Positions 34,206-43,322 of a stretch of DNA of 64,000 bases are shown in pieces. The translations under genes and the position numbers were made by a program. The notes under the pieces are model-generated. The model was not told where the DNA came from, did no database searches, and worked only from the letters and a program-made list of their open reading frames with translations. Source of the DNA: a virus; the IMG/VR virus record IMGVR_UViG_3300037307_000721; one strand, written 5' to 3'. The stretch's first letter is position 1. Every line of letters begins with the position of its first letter.

Positions 34206-35343
34206 GTTCCGCCGCCGCTGCTAGAGCCTCTGGGTCGCCTTGCTGCAACTCACTTTCCTCATCCTTTACCATAATTGCGGCCGCGTCAACCATCATGAGC
34301 GGAATCAACGCGCGCCAGGCGGCCACGACCCTGGTCCGGCTGCCTCCCACCCCGAACGCGCGCTCCACCCCGGCGTCCTTCTTGATGAGCCGTTCTGCCT
34401 CCAGGCTGTTCAAGGCCTCGACGATCTTCTCCTGCCGCACGCCCAGGGCGTCCGCGATCATCACGTTCGTCATGGGCTCGGGCGAGCTCCGCAGCGTCTT
34501 GTAGATCTGGTGCTTGTAGTACTCGAGCACGATGCCGGCGGAGTCCTTGCCGTCGTAGTAGACGAACGTCGTCTGCTGCAGCACCTCGTCGACCTGGGGC
34601 ACAGCTGAGAAGATGCGCCCTTTCTTCCCGTTGCGTTGTTTCAGGCTCTCGATGGTCAGAATCTCCGTCGGCTCGGCAAGCCCGAGCTTCTTCTTGGCGA
34701 CGGAGAAGTGCAGTACCGCATCCGCCCACCCGTACCAGGCCGAGCTCCCGCGCGGGGTCGGCTTCCCGCCTCCCTTTTCCTTTCCCCCCTGCCCGCCCTT
34801 CGTCTGGTGGTGAATCACGATGAAGGTGCACTTGTACTCGTCGATGAGCCGATCGATCTGACGGCGCAGCGCCTTGGTCTCCTTGGCACTGTTCTCGTCC
34901 CCGCTGAAGAAGCTGTCGAGCGGGTCGAGCACCACGAGAATGGGCTTCAGCCGCTTGATCTCCTTCTCCAGGTCCTCCACGTCCATCGCGTCGTCCAGGC
35001 AGAACGGCTGCTGGCAGAAGTAGAGCTGGGTGTCCATGGGGTTGGCGCCGTGCGCGCGCATGTGCGAGAGGAGCCGGTCCTTGTTGTCGAAGACCGAACC
35101 CTCCGTGGAGTTCAGCAGCACGGGGCCGTGGTGGAGTACGTCCAGCTGCCGCAACAGTTTTCCCTGGGAAGCAACTGCCACGCACAGGTCGAAGACGACC
35201 GTGCTCTTGTAGTTGCCGCCCTCGCCGAAAACCAGGATGCGGTTCGACTTCTGAATCATGCGCGGGACGATCCAACGGTTCGGGTCGTCCTGCAGGCTCA
35301 GAAGGTCGGTGACGGAGTAGATTTGATGGCGACGTTTCGACAT
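34126..35343 (-). CDS. RepA-like SF4 helicase (AAA_25) with C-terminal winged helix
   Basis: GEGGNYKS Walker A, VVLDPL Walker B, DENS, IHH..K...RGSSA; C-terminal HTH MTNVMIADALGV. Confidence 0.85.
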   Translation of the reverse strand: MSKRRHQIYSVTDLLSLQDDPNRWIVPRMIQKSNRILVFGEGGNYKSTVVFDLCVAVASQGKLLRQLDVLHHGPVLLNSTEGSVFDNKDRLLSHMRAHGANPMDTQLYFCQQPFCLDDAMDVEDLEKEIKRLKPILVVLDPLDSFFSGDENSAKETKALRRQIDRLIDEYKCTFIVIHHQTKGGQGGKEKGGGKPTPRGSSAWYGWADAVLHFSVAKKKLGLAEPTEILTIESLKQRNGKKGRIFSAVPQVDEVLQQTTFVYYDGKDSAGIVLEYYKHQIYKTLRSSPEPMTNVMIADALGVRQEKIVEALNSLEAERLIKKDAGVERAFGVGGSRTRVVAAWRALIPLMMVDAAAIMVKDEESELQQGDPEALAAAAELVDAADDSGVREDGAPAGPGVSPVLQ

Positions 35344-35356
35344 GGATGAGGTTGCC

Positions 35357-35386
35357 AAGCTAGGCCAGAGCGACGTACACTGTCAA
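35357..35386 (-). promoter_or_regulatory. promoter of the RepA-like gene
   Basis: minus-strand TTGACA-N18-TAGCTT, 13 nt upstream of ATG 35343. Confidence 0.6.
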
Positions 35387-35568
35387 GTCACTTTCTCACA
35401 ACACGCGGCAATCGCGACGCATTTCTGCAAGTCGCACATGATCAATTTGCTCGCGCAATTCGCATCACCGTTGTGCATGTGAAAATGAGGCGAGCAATCG
35501 GCATGTTACGATTTCTTCCACTTTCCTTCTTGACACTCGAATCGCTGAGCTGATAGGAAGGGCATTCG

Positions 35569-37377
35569 ATGCGCTCCGTCCTTCTCGATCCACTGGAAGG
35601 CTGTGTTCTGTCGTGTCCAACAAAATGGCACGGCCGCTGGAAGCTCGAGCACTGCCCGACGCAAGCCAGATTCGATCAGCTTGCCCAAATTCCAGGCGTC
35701 ACGCCGTGGGAGAATAAGAAGAAGCCCGAGGAGACCGGTTGGTATGTCCCCCAATCACTTCTCGACATGGGCATGTTCCCCGGCTCTCTCGACGAGTACG
35801 AACCGGAGTCGAACGACATCACGCCGTCGGGGATGAAGCTACGCATCTATGAAGCGCGCGCGGTCACGTGCTGCCGCCTTCTCACGCCGCAACGCGAGGG
35901 CATGATCGTCGCCGGCGACCCGGGCCTGGGCAAGACCGTCATCTCGCTTCACTCGCTCTGGCTCGATGGCTACCTTGAGCGCCCCGGTTTGATCATCGGA
36001 CCGAACATCGCGAAGGGTGTTTGGTGCGACGAGGACGCCGACGCCCGCGTTCACTATGGGCTCGAGGTCGTGCCCCTCGAGGGCGTCAAGAACATCGACG
36101 TCAACATCCTCTCGCAGCACAAGGTCTTCTTCTGCCACTACGAGCTGCTGCACGCCTGGCAGAGCTGGATCGTCGCGACGCTCAAGCCGAGCTACCTCAT
36201 CATCGACGAGAGCCACTTCCTCTCGCACCAGAAGGTCCAGCGCTCCACCGCCGGGCGACAGGTCACCTTGCTCTCCTCGATCGAGCGCCGCTACGGTCTG
36301 ACCGGCACGCCCATCCCGAACGAGCGGCTCGAGCTCTGGAACCAGCTCGCCATGGTCCAGCCACGCCAGTGGGGTTCGAACCACTTTCAGTTCGGTGTGC
36401 GCTACTGCGCGGGCCATCGGACCGAAATCGACGAGGGCGGTATCGGTGGGCACTGGGTGTTCGACGGCGAGTCGAATGACGTGGAGCTCAAGGCCCGGCT
36501 CGCCGGCACCTTCCTTCGCTTCACGACGGAGGAGGTGCAGAACGAACTGCCGCCGATGGAGCGCCACGTCGTCGAAGTCGGCAACGACCAGATCGACCAG
36601 GCGCTGCTCGACGACTACTCGCTGGCGCAGCGGGACATCGGCAAGTACCTCAAGCTGAAGCAGGACGTGCCGAAAGAAGTCGAGACCATCACCATCGGCA
36701 ACACCACAGTCAAGCTCACCAAGCAGGAGCACAAGCCGGGCGCGGTGCGATTGGTCTGCATCTCGACGCTCATCGGTCTGCTCTCCCAGATGAAGCAGCT
36801 CGCCGCCGTCAAAGTGATCGACGACATCATGCGCGAGCACGATCGTCTCGTCGTCTTCACGTGGCGCGTCGCTACCGCGCAGTGGATCTGCGAGCAGCTG
36901 GCCGATCGAATGGCACGCGGCGAGAAGGTCGGCGGCAAGAGCCCCGACCTCTTCGGCCCGGTGCACGGCGAGGTGCCGATGCCCATGCGCAAGGCGCTGG
37001 CCCGCGAGTTCGCCGCCTCGCCTTGCAGCCTCTACATCGCGACGATGGGCTCGGCGGGAACCTCCATCAACTCCCTGTCGGCCGCCTCGGCCGGCCTCAT
37101 CGTGGACCTGCACTGGAACACCGCGGGCCTGCGCCAGGCCGAGAAGCGCATTCACCGCGACGGTTCGCAAGCCGCCAAGGTCGACATCTACTATCTCTTC
37201 GTCCGCAATACCGTCGACGACATGTTCCTGGAGAAGCTCCGGGAGAAAGCACAACACGCCGCCGCGTTGGCACCGCATGACACGGCCGGCATCTCGCTCG
37301 TGAGGGACCTGTCACCGAGCAACTCGGGTGGGTTGGACTTGGACCTGCTCTGTGCCCGGCTGATGGACATGAGCTGA
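35569..37377 (+). CDS. SNF2-family (SMARCAL1/HARP-like) helicase
   Basis: GDPGLGKT, IIDESH, LTGTPIPN, VVFT, LHWNTAGLRQAEKRIHRDG. Confidence 0.9.
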   Translation: MRSVLLDPLEGCVLSCPTKWHGRWKLEHCPTQARFDQLAQIPGVTPWENKKKPEETGWYVPQSLLDMGMFPGSLDEYEPESNDITPSGMKLRIYEARAVTCCRLLTPQREGMIVAGDPGLGKTVISLHSLWLDGYLERPGLIIGPNIAKGVWCDEDADARVHYGLEVVPLEGVKNIDVNILSQHKVFFCHYELLHAWQSWIVATLKPSYLIIDESHFLSHQKVQRSTAGRQVTLLSSIERRYGLTGTPIPNERLELWNQLAMVQPRQWGSNHFQFGVRYCAGHRTEIDEGGIGGHWVFDGESNDVELKARLAGTFLRFTTEEVQNELPPMERHVVEVGNDQIDQALLDDYSLAQRDIGKYLKLKQDVPKEVETITIGNTTVKLTKQEHKPGAVRLVCISTLIGLLSQMKQLAAVKVIDDIMREHDRLVVFTWRVATAQWICEQLADRMARGEKVGGKSPDLFGPVHGEVPMPMRKALAREFAASPCSLYIATMGSAGTSINSLSAASAGLIVDLHWNTAGLRQAEKRIHRDGSQAAKVDIYYLFVRNTVDDMFLEKLREKAQHAAALAPHDTAGISLVRDLSPSNSGGLDLDLLCARLMDMS

Positions 37378-37465
37378 AAGGAGGCACGGTCATGCCGGGC
37401 ATACCGCGTGCGCCACCCTGACGTGGCTGAATCGTCGAAACGCATCACTTACCCTAGGAGCTGAC

Positions 37466-38368
37466 ATGACCCAAGGAACGATCGGCACTCCGGCAGCACC
37501 TGCCGCGCAGGTAGCGCAGCCGGCCAGCGTGCCTACCTACTACGACCCAGACCTGCACGTCGCGGGCGACGTCGTCCAGCAAGGCATCACCACCTTCCTG
37601 TTCGGCGCGGTCGGCACGTGGAAGACCACCTGGGCCGGGCAGTGGCCGAAGCCGATCTTCCTCAGCGTGGGCCCCGAGGGAGGTGACGACGCGCTGGTGC
37701 AACTTCCGACCCTGTACGGCGTGCAGATTCCACGGACCTACCACATCACCTCACCGAAGATGATGGTGGAGAAGGTGGAGCGCATCGCGCGGGACTACCG
37801 CGCGATGGACGTCAACACCGTGGTCATCGACTCGGTCACCTTCTACGTCGACCTCTGGATCGCTGAGCTGATGGAACTTCGGTACAACGACCCGAAGATC
37901 CGTGAGCGCATCGAGAAGGCGGGCGGCGAGGCGACCAACATGACGATGCGAGACTGGGGCCTCCTGGCGATGCACGTGCGTGACCTCGCCATGAAGCTGC
38001 ACAAGACTCCGCTCAACGTCATCTGGATCGCTCTCGAGAAGGAGATCAAGGAGAACGACGAACAGCGCGGCACCTCGCGGGTGGTGGCTGTCGAGCCCTA
38101 CGTCCGGGGAGAGACCTACGTCAAGCTCCCGGGCATGTGCAAGATGATCATCCACGCGAACAAGGAGTTGCGACCCGACCCGAACGTCATGGGACGGATG
38201 TTCACCCAGCCCATCTACTACACCTCCCCGAACTTCCTGACGAAGATCGTTCGGCACAAGTACGGGACAGCCTTCCCGGAGGGTCGGTTGATCGATCCGA
38301 CCCACGGGGACCTGCCCACCTTCAACGCAATCTGGAGTCGTATCGGCCGCTTCGTCTACTACACGTAG
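37466..38368 (+). CDS. AAA_24 / Sak4-like recombination ATPase
   Basis: LFGAVGTWKTT Walker A, VVIDSVT Walker B, DWG; followed by a DUF669-like gene as in Sak4 modules. Confidence 0.8.
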   Translation: MTQGTIGTPAAPAAQVAQPASVPTYYDPDLHVAGDVVQQGITTFLFGAVGTWKTTWAGQWPKPIFLSVGPEGGDDALVQLPTLYGVQIPRTYHITSPKMMVEKVERIARDYRAMDVNTVVIDSVTFYVDLWIAELMELRYNDPKIRERIEKAGGEATNMTMRDWGLLAMHVRDLAMKLHKTPLNVIWIALEKEIKENDEQRGTSRVVAVEPYVRGETYVKLPGMCKMIIHANKELRPDPNVMGRMFTQPIYYTSPNFLTKIVRHKYGTAFPEGRLIDPTHGDLPTFNAIWSRIGRFVYYT

Positions 38369-38428
38369 CGAGGCGGATTTCATTGGCAAGAGGGGAACAA
38401 GGAACCCCAACAACAGGAGGAACTGATC

Positions 38429-39097
38429 ATGGCATTTCTACCCGTCAACCTGCTCAACGTCCAGCCCGCCGTCGGTTTCGACTACCCCGTCGGCCGGTAC
38501 CTGCTCAACATCATCGGGACCGAGATCCGGACCAACACCAGCGGCGATGGCCAGCGGCTGGTCCTGAACCTCGAGATCGTGATGGGCCCCGGGCCGGGCA
38601 ACGTGCAGTTCCAGGGCCGGAAGACCTTCCACAGCTTCCAGCTCACCGAGAAGGGCCTGCCCTTCCTCAAGCGCTTCTTCAACGTCTGCGGCATCACCGA
38701 GGAGTTCATCAACCAGAACGGTGGCAACGTCGACAACGAGTGGCTGCACGGTCGCCAGTTCTGCGCGACGAGCGTGAAGAACGGCCAGTACGTCAACTGG
38801 ACCAACGAGAAGCCCGCGGCCGAGTGGAACCAGCAGCCCGCCCCGCAGGCTGCCAGGGCCGCGACGGCGGCCCCGCAGGCCGCGCCGCCCCCGGCGCTCC
38901 TGCAGCCCAGCCCGCAGGCCCAGGCTGCTCCGCAGCCCATGGCCTACGTCTCGCCGACCCCGCAGCCGCAGTACGCGCCGCCGCCGCAGCAGATGGCGCC
39001 GGCCGGTCTGCCCACCCCGCAGCTGCCGCAGCCGCAGGGCGGCATCCCCGTCGGCATTCCCGCCCCGGTTCCCCCTCCGGGCCGGGTCGGGCAGTAG
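38429..39097 (+). CDS. DUF669-like single-stranded DNA-binding protein with Pro/Gln-rich tail
   Basis: PVGRYLLNI...LVLNLEIVMGP...GRKTFHSF...LHGRQF; AGGAGG SD; synteny with the Sak4-like ATPase. Confidence 0.75.
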   Translation: MAFLPVNLLNVQPAVGFDYPVGRYLLNIIGTEIRTNTSGDGQRLVLNLEIVMGPGPGNVQFQGRKTFHSFQLTEKGLPFLKRFFNVCGITEEFINQNGGNVDNEWLHGRQFCATSVKNGQYVNWTNEKPAAEWNQQPAPQAARAATAAPQAAPPPALLQPSPQAQAAPQPMAYVSPTPQPQYAPPPQQMAPAGLPTPQLPQPQGGIPVGIPAPVPPPGRVGQ

Positions 39098-39114
39098 GCT
39101 GATGCACTGACGCC

Positions 39115-39192
39115 AACGGGCGGCCTGGGTGGATGCTCTCACACATAGGGGCGCATCACCCCAAGCCGCTCAGGCCGCCCGTTACTTTTTTT
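39115..39192 (+). terminator. extended stem-loop with U-tract (terminator, attenuator or RNase III site)
   Basis: perfect 13-bp arms AACGGGCGGCCTG (39115-39127) and CAGGCCGCCCGTT (39171-39183), inner GATGC/GCATC stem, T7 at 39186-39192. Confidence 0.7.
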
Positions 39193-39204
39193 CAAAGGTC
39201 AGCC

Positions 39205-39474
39205 ATGCCTGAAGTCACCGAAGACATCGAGATCACCTGCGAGTGCGGGAACAAGTTCTTCTTCACCGTCAAGGACGCCGAGTTCTACCGGCGCACCTTC
39301 GGCGAGAACTTCAGTATTCCCAAGCGCTGCAAGCCCTGTCGCGAAGCGCGCAAGGCGGCCAAGGAACGCGAGGCTGCCGAGGACTTCGGCCAGGGCACGC
39401 GCAGCGGTCGCTTCCCCTCCGACCATCCCAACCAGGGCAACAAGCCCAAGCGACAGCGGAACGGCAACAGGTGA
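39205..39474 (+). CDS. zinc-ribbon protein (zf-trcl-like)
   Basis: DIEITCECGNKFFFTVKDAEFY...PKRCKPCREARK. Confidence 0.8.
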   Translation: MPEVTEDIEITCECGNKFFFTVKDAEFYRRTFGENFSIPKRCKPCREARKAAKEREAAEDFGQGTRSGRFPSDHPNQGNKPKRQRNGNR

Positions 39475-40037
39475 GCTGGACGCCCGCATACGGTAGGGAC
39501 CGCGGTCCCTACTACCACGGGCTTCTGGCACAACCCGACTGTGAGAGCTGTCCCCTTCGCTACGACGTCAAGGTCTTCCCCGACGGCCCCGTCCCCGCGC
39601 GCATCGCCTTCATCGGCGAGGAGCCTGGGCAGACGGAGATCGCCGAGGGCCGCGGGTTCGTGGGCCAGTCGGGGCAACTCCTGTGGCACCTTGCTCGCGA
39701 CGTCGGCCTCGAGCGCGACGACATCTGGGTCTCGAACGCCGCGCTCTGCGCCGCCCGCAAGGTCAAGCTCAACACCGGCGCCAATCTTCCCCAGCTCGTC
39801 GTGAAGGCCATGGCGGCCAAGGCCTGCCGCCGGCGCCTTCTCGCCGAGCTCGTCACGGTGGACCCGATCGTCGTGGTGCCGCTCGGCAACTGGGCACTGT
39901 GGGCCACCTCGGACATCCCGAACGCGCGCATCTACGCCTACCGCGGCTCGCGGATCGAAGTCGACCTGGCCAAGCTCCTCGAGCTCGTGCAGCAGGGCCT
40001 GTCGCGCTCGCCGATGCGCACCGTCAAGGAGCAATGA
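39471..40037 (+). CDS. uracil-DNA glycosylase family 4-like domain, lacking the C-terminal HP motif
   Basis: CESCPL, FIGEEPG, FVGQSG, SNAALC, ACRRRL..E..VDP.VVVPLG. Confidence 0.85.
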   Translation: MSWTPAYGRDRGPYYHGLLAQPDCESCPLRYDVKVFPDGPVPARIAFIGEEPGQTEIAEGRGFVGQSGQLLWHLARDVGLERDDIWVSNAALCAARKVKLNTGANLPQLVVKAMAAKACRRRLLAELVTVDPIVVVPLGNWALWATSDIPNARIYAYRGSRIEVDLAKLLELVQQGLSRSPMRTVKEQ

Positions 40038-40038
40038 G

Positions 40039-40299
40039 ATGCAAGTCCGAACCCTGCACAAGCAGCTGGGTGAGCTCATCGCGAAAGGCTACGGGCACAA
40101 CGACGTCGTCATCAACAAGGACACGTTCCGGCATCCGCTCGAACCAGACGGTTGCGTGCTCCTGCCCGTGATCCGGGCCGAGGCCGGCTACTTTCGCGTG
40201 CTCGATGGCGATGGCGGCACCAAGTACAACAAGGACGGTTCCGAGCGCATGCGTTCGGGTGTCATTCTGCTCGGCGAGCACGCGCCTCTGGAGAGCTGA
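40039..40299 (+). CDS. small hypothetical protein between the UDG domain and the polymerase
   Basis: translationally coupled at both ends (TGAgATG, TGATG). Confidence 0.65.
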   Translation: MQVRTLHKQLGELIAKGYGHNDVVINKDTFRHPLEPDGCVLLPVIRAEAGYFRVLDGDGGTKYNKDGSERMRSGVILLGEHAPLES

Positions 40300-42332
40300 T
40301 GGCCTACCTGGTGCCCACCGTCCATCCGGCAGCGCTGCTTCGCGGCGGGCACCCGATTGCCGACGTCATTCGGATGGACCTCGCCAAGGCGCATCGGCTC
40401 ACCATGGAGCCACCGCGCCAGGTCGAGAACATCGTGGTCGTCCATCCGGCGAACCCCGCCGGCGTGACCGAGTCTGTGCGAATCGGGCTCGCCTGGCTCG
40501 AGCGATGGATTTCGCTCCGCTGTCCGGTCGCGGTCGACGTCGAGACCTCGAGCCTGAACTACTTCAACTGCAAGCTCTACTCCATCGCGCTCTCGGGCTG
40601 CGACGGCGAGAACACCGCTGTGGCCTTCACGCTGATGGACCTGCGGACTCTGCCCTGGGACGCCGAGCTTGCAATGCTGGACGCACTGCGCCGGCTGCTC
40701 GCGGACCCACAGATCGTCAAGCTCTTTCACAACGCGCCCTACGACTACGCGGTCCTGCATTGCAAGAACCTCCCGGTCCACGGCCCGATCGAAGACACGC
40801 AGGGCTTCGCGCACCTCTTCCAGCCGGATATTCCGAAGGACCTCGGCTTCATCGGCCACACCTGGCTCGACGTCGAGCCGTGGAAGCTCAACCACTCCGG
40901 CGAAAAGCAGGCCTACACCAAGGACGTGATCGAGCTCCTGGTCTACAACGCGAAGGACGCGCTCAACACGATGAAGCTCCGCGCCCCGTTGCTGGCTGCG
41001 CTCGCGGACAGATGCGGCTCGCCCGACGTGATCTTCTACCAGAACGCTTTCGCGCAGCTCGCCGCACGGATGGAGCTGGTCGGCCTACCCATGGACCTGG
41101 ACATTCGGCGCAAGGTGGGCGCCGAGCAGCTGGCCAGACTTGAGGAGCTCCGGTATCGCATGCGCGAGTACCTCAAGTGGCCCGACTTCAACCCGATGAA
41201 CAAGAACCACGCGGTCGCGGCGCTCTACGACAAGAAGTACGTCGGGCTGATGCCCACCGCCTGGACGCCCAAGACGAAGCAGCCCTCGACGAAGTACGAG
41301 CACATCATCGACCACATGGAGCACGTCTTCGTCAAGGACTTCGTCGAGTACGTGGAGTCGCACCACGCCTATGCGACCCAGTACCGCGAGGCTCCGGAGA
41401 AGTCGAGCGACCCCGGACCGGGCGCTTACACGCGCGCCATGCAGGAGGACGGCCGCCTGCACGCGAAGTGGAACCCGACCGGGCAGAAGGGCTCACGTTT
41501 CTCCAGCGAGCCCAACGTGCAGAACCAGCGCAAGAAGGATCGCGTCTTCTTTCGCGCACCCTATGGCCGCGTGTTCGTCGGGGCCGACAAGGACCAGCTC
41601 GAGCTTCGGCTGGCCGCCGTCCTCTCGGGCGTGCGTGAAATCCTCGATGAGGTCGCCAAGCCCGACGGCGACCCGCACCGTCTGGCCGCGATCAACATCT
41701 ACGGCAAGGGCTTTCTCGAGCGCTCGAAGGAAGAGCAGAAGCGCATGCGCGACGCGATCAAGACCACGGTCTATGCGTCGCTCTACCGCGCCGGCGTCAA
41801 GACGGTGCACAAGTCGATCCGGAAGAAGAAGTTCCTCGACCACGCACTGCGCGCCAGCCTGACCCTCGACGTCGTCGGCCACATCTACCACAGCTACTTC
41901 GGCAAGTACGTCGAGATCCCCGCGTGGCACGATCGGAACTACGACCTCGCCCAGACGCAGGGCTACCTGGAGATCCAGCCCCTCGGTCGACGCCGGTACT
42001 TTCCGGTCCAGCCGCCGCCCTACACCGAGGTGGCGAACTGGCCCATTCAGACCACGGGTTCGGACATCGTCGGCATGGAGATGGTGCTGGTGCAGGACGA
42101 GCTCGACCGCCGGTTCCACGGCGACGCGAGCATCGTCCTGCACGGCCATGACGCGCTCTACATCGAGTGCGCCGAGCGCCACGCCGAAGAAGTCTGCGGC
42201 ATCGTGAACCGGCTCTTCGGCGCGACGCGCGTCGAGGGCCCGGCTGGCCCGGTGCTGCTCACCGCCTCGGCCGAGATCTGCAAGGACCTCAAGTTCGACA
42301 AGAAGGATGTCTGGGTGCCAAAGGCAGCCTAG
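40299..42332 (+). CDS. polA: family A DNA polymerase with 3'-5' exonuclease and an N-terminal UDG remnant
   Basis: Exo I VDVET, Exo II FHNAPYD, Exo III YNAKDA; motif A DKDQLELR, motif B RDAIKTTVYASLY, motif C HGHDA. Confidence 0.92.
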   Translation: MAYLVPTVHPAALLRGGHPIADVIRMDLAKAHRLTMEPPRQVENIVVVHPANPAGVTESVRIGLAWLERWISLRCPVAVDVETSSLNYFNCKLYSIALSGCDGENTAVAFTLMDLRTLPWDAELAMLDALRRLLADPQIVKLFHNAPYDYAVLHCKNLPVHGPIEDTQGFAHLFQPDIPKDLGFIGHTWLDVEPWKLNHSGEKQAYTKDVIELLVYNAKDALNTMKLRAPLLAALADRCGSPDVIFYQNAFAQLAARMELVGLPMDLDIRRKVGAEQLARLEELRYRMREYLKWPDFNPMNKNHAVAALYDKKYVGLMPTAWTPKTKQPSTKYEHIIDHMEHVFVKDFVEYVESHHAYATQYREAPEKSSDPGPGAYTRAMQEDGRLHAKWNPTGQKGSRFSSEPNVQNQRKKDRVFFRAPYGRVFVGADKDQLELRLAAVLSGVREILDEVAKPDGDPHRLAAINIYGKGFLERSKEEQKRMRDAIKTTVYASLYRAGVKTVHKSIRKKKFLDHALRASLTLDVVGHIYHSYFGKYVEIPAWHDRNYDLAQTQGYLEIQPLGRRRYFPVQPPPYTEVANWPIQTTGSDIVGMEMVLVQDELDRRFHGDASIVLHGHDALYIECAERHAEEVCGIVNRLFGATRVEGPAGPVLLTASAEICKDLKFDKKDVWVPKAA

Positions 42333-42342
42333 GGAGAGCGAC

Positions 42343-42621
42343 ATGCCGAAGTTCCAGGTGGGGATTGGAATTGAGCAGACGCGCAGCACGGTGATAGTCG
42401 CCGAGGTCGAGGCGGACAACCAGGACGCTGCAGAGCACAAGGCTGTCGAGTACGTGCGCGCGCTCACGCACCTGCCCTACGGTGGCGAGCTCTCGGCCCT
42501 CGGGCGGCACGTGGAGTGGGACGACGGCTTCTTTTCGGTGACGGGCATAGATCGCGAGGAGCCTTGGGGTGACGGCGACTACAGCACGGACATCGAAGTG
42601 CCAAAGGACTTCCTGAAATGA
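42343..42621 (+). CDS. hypothetical protein
   Basis: GGGAG SD; acidic ORF. Confidence 0.65.
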   Translation: MPKFQVGIGIEQTRSTVIVAEVEADNQDAAEHKAVEYVRALTHLPYGGELSALGRHVEWDDGFFSVTGIDREEPWGDGDYSTDIEVPKDFLK

Positions 42622-43322
42622 AGATCACGATGAAAAGACTGGAGGCCAAGGCCGAGCTTCGGCTCGGGCTCGTGGCCATCACCGAGGACGAGAAGCGCAT
42701 GCCCGTCGAGCAGTGGGTTGTGGGTGGCATGCTCACGCTGCCGAACGAGGGCGTTCTCAAGGGGCCGCCGGACACCCTGCGCTGGGAGGTGCGGCGACTG
42801 CTCCAACAGGTGCTCAAGGAGTTCGAGCGCCAGCTGCCCGAGCACAAGATGCAAGAGCTTGCCGTCGCACTCTTCACCGAACTGGCCCAGACAGGTATGG
42901 TATCCGTCCGGCCCTACCTGGGCTTGCAGGAGGTCTGCCAGCGTCTGTCGCACCTGCAGCCGTTTGCCCGCGCGGTCTCCGTGCCGGTGCAGGAAGCGCT
43001 GACCGCCATGCGAAAGCTGGGCACCGACCCCGACGCCTTGCAACTCGGCGAGCATGAGGCGCACGCCTGGATGCTCTTCAATCAGGCCTACGAGCCCCAG
43101 GCCGCGGCCCTCATGGGCCCGACGCACGATCGCGAGCAGCCACCCAGGTGGCTGCTTTGCGTTCTCGAGGACGAGCCCGACACCGTGCATGGCGTCTGCC
43201 TGCTCTGCGGCGCCGTCTTCGCGCGCGAGCTGAACGTCCTCGGCACGAAGGCCTGGAATCTACCCGAGCACAAGCGGCTGGACGAGGACGTCCCGTGCGA
43301 GGCTTCGGAGATCGCACGGTGA
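42618..43322 (+). CDS. hypothetical protein
   Basis: ATGA coupling. Confidence 0.7.
   Translation: MKITMKRLEAKAELRLGLVAITEDEKRMPVEQWVVGGMLTLPNEGVLKGPPDTLRWEVRRLLQQVLKEFERQLPEHKMQELAVALFTELAQTGMVSVRPYLGLQEVCQRLSHLQPFARAVSVPVQEALTAMRKLGTDPDALQLGEHEAHAWMLFNQAYEPQAAALMGPTHDREQPPRWLLCVLEDEPDTVHGVCLLCGAVFARELNVLGTKAWNLPEHKRLDEDVPCEASEIAR

Noticed and set aside
34778-34790. In-phase GGGAAAG slippery heptamer in the RepA-like gene
   Set aside because: The -1 frame is the shadow ORF 34286..35275 with no protein-like features, and shifting would delete conserved helicase motifs.
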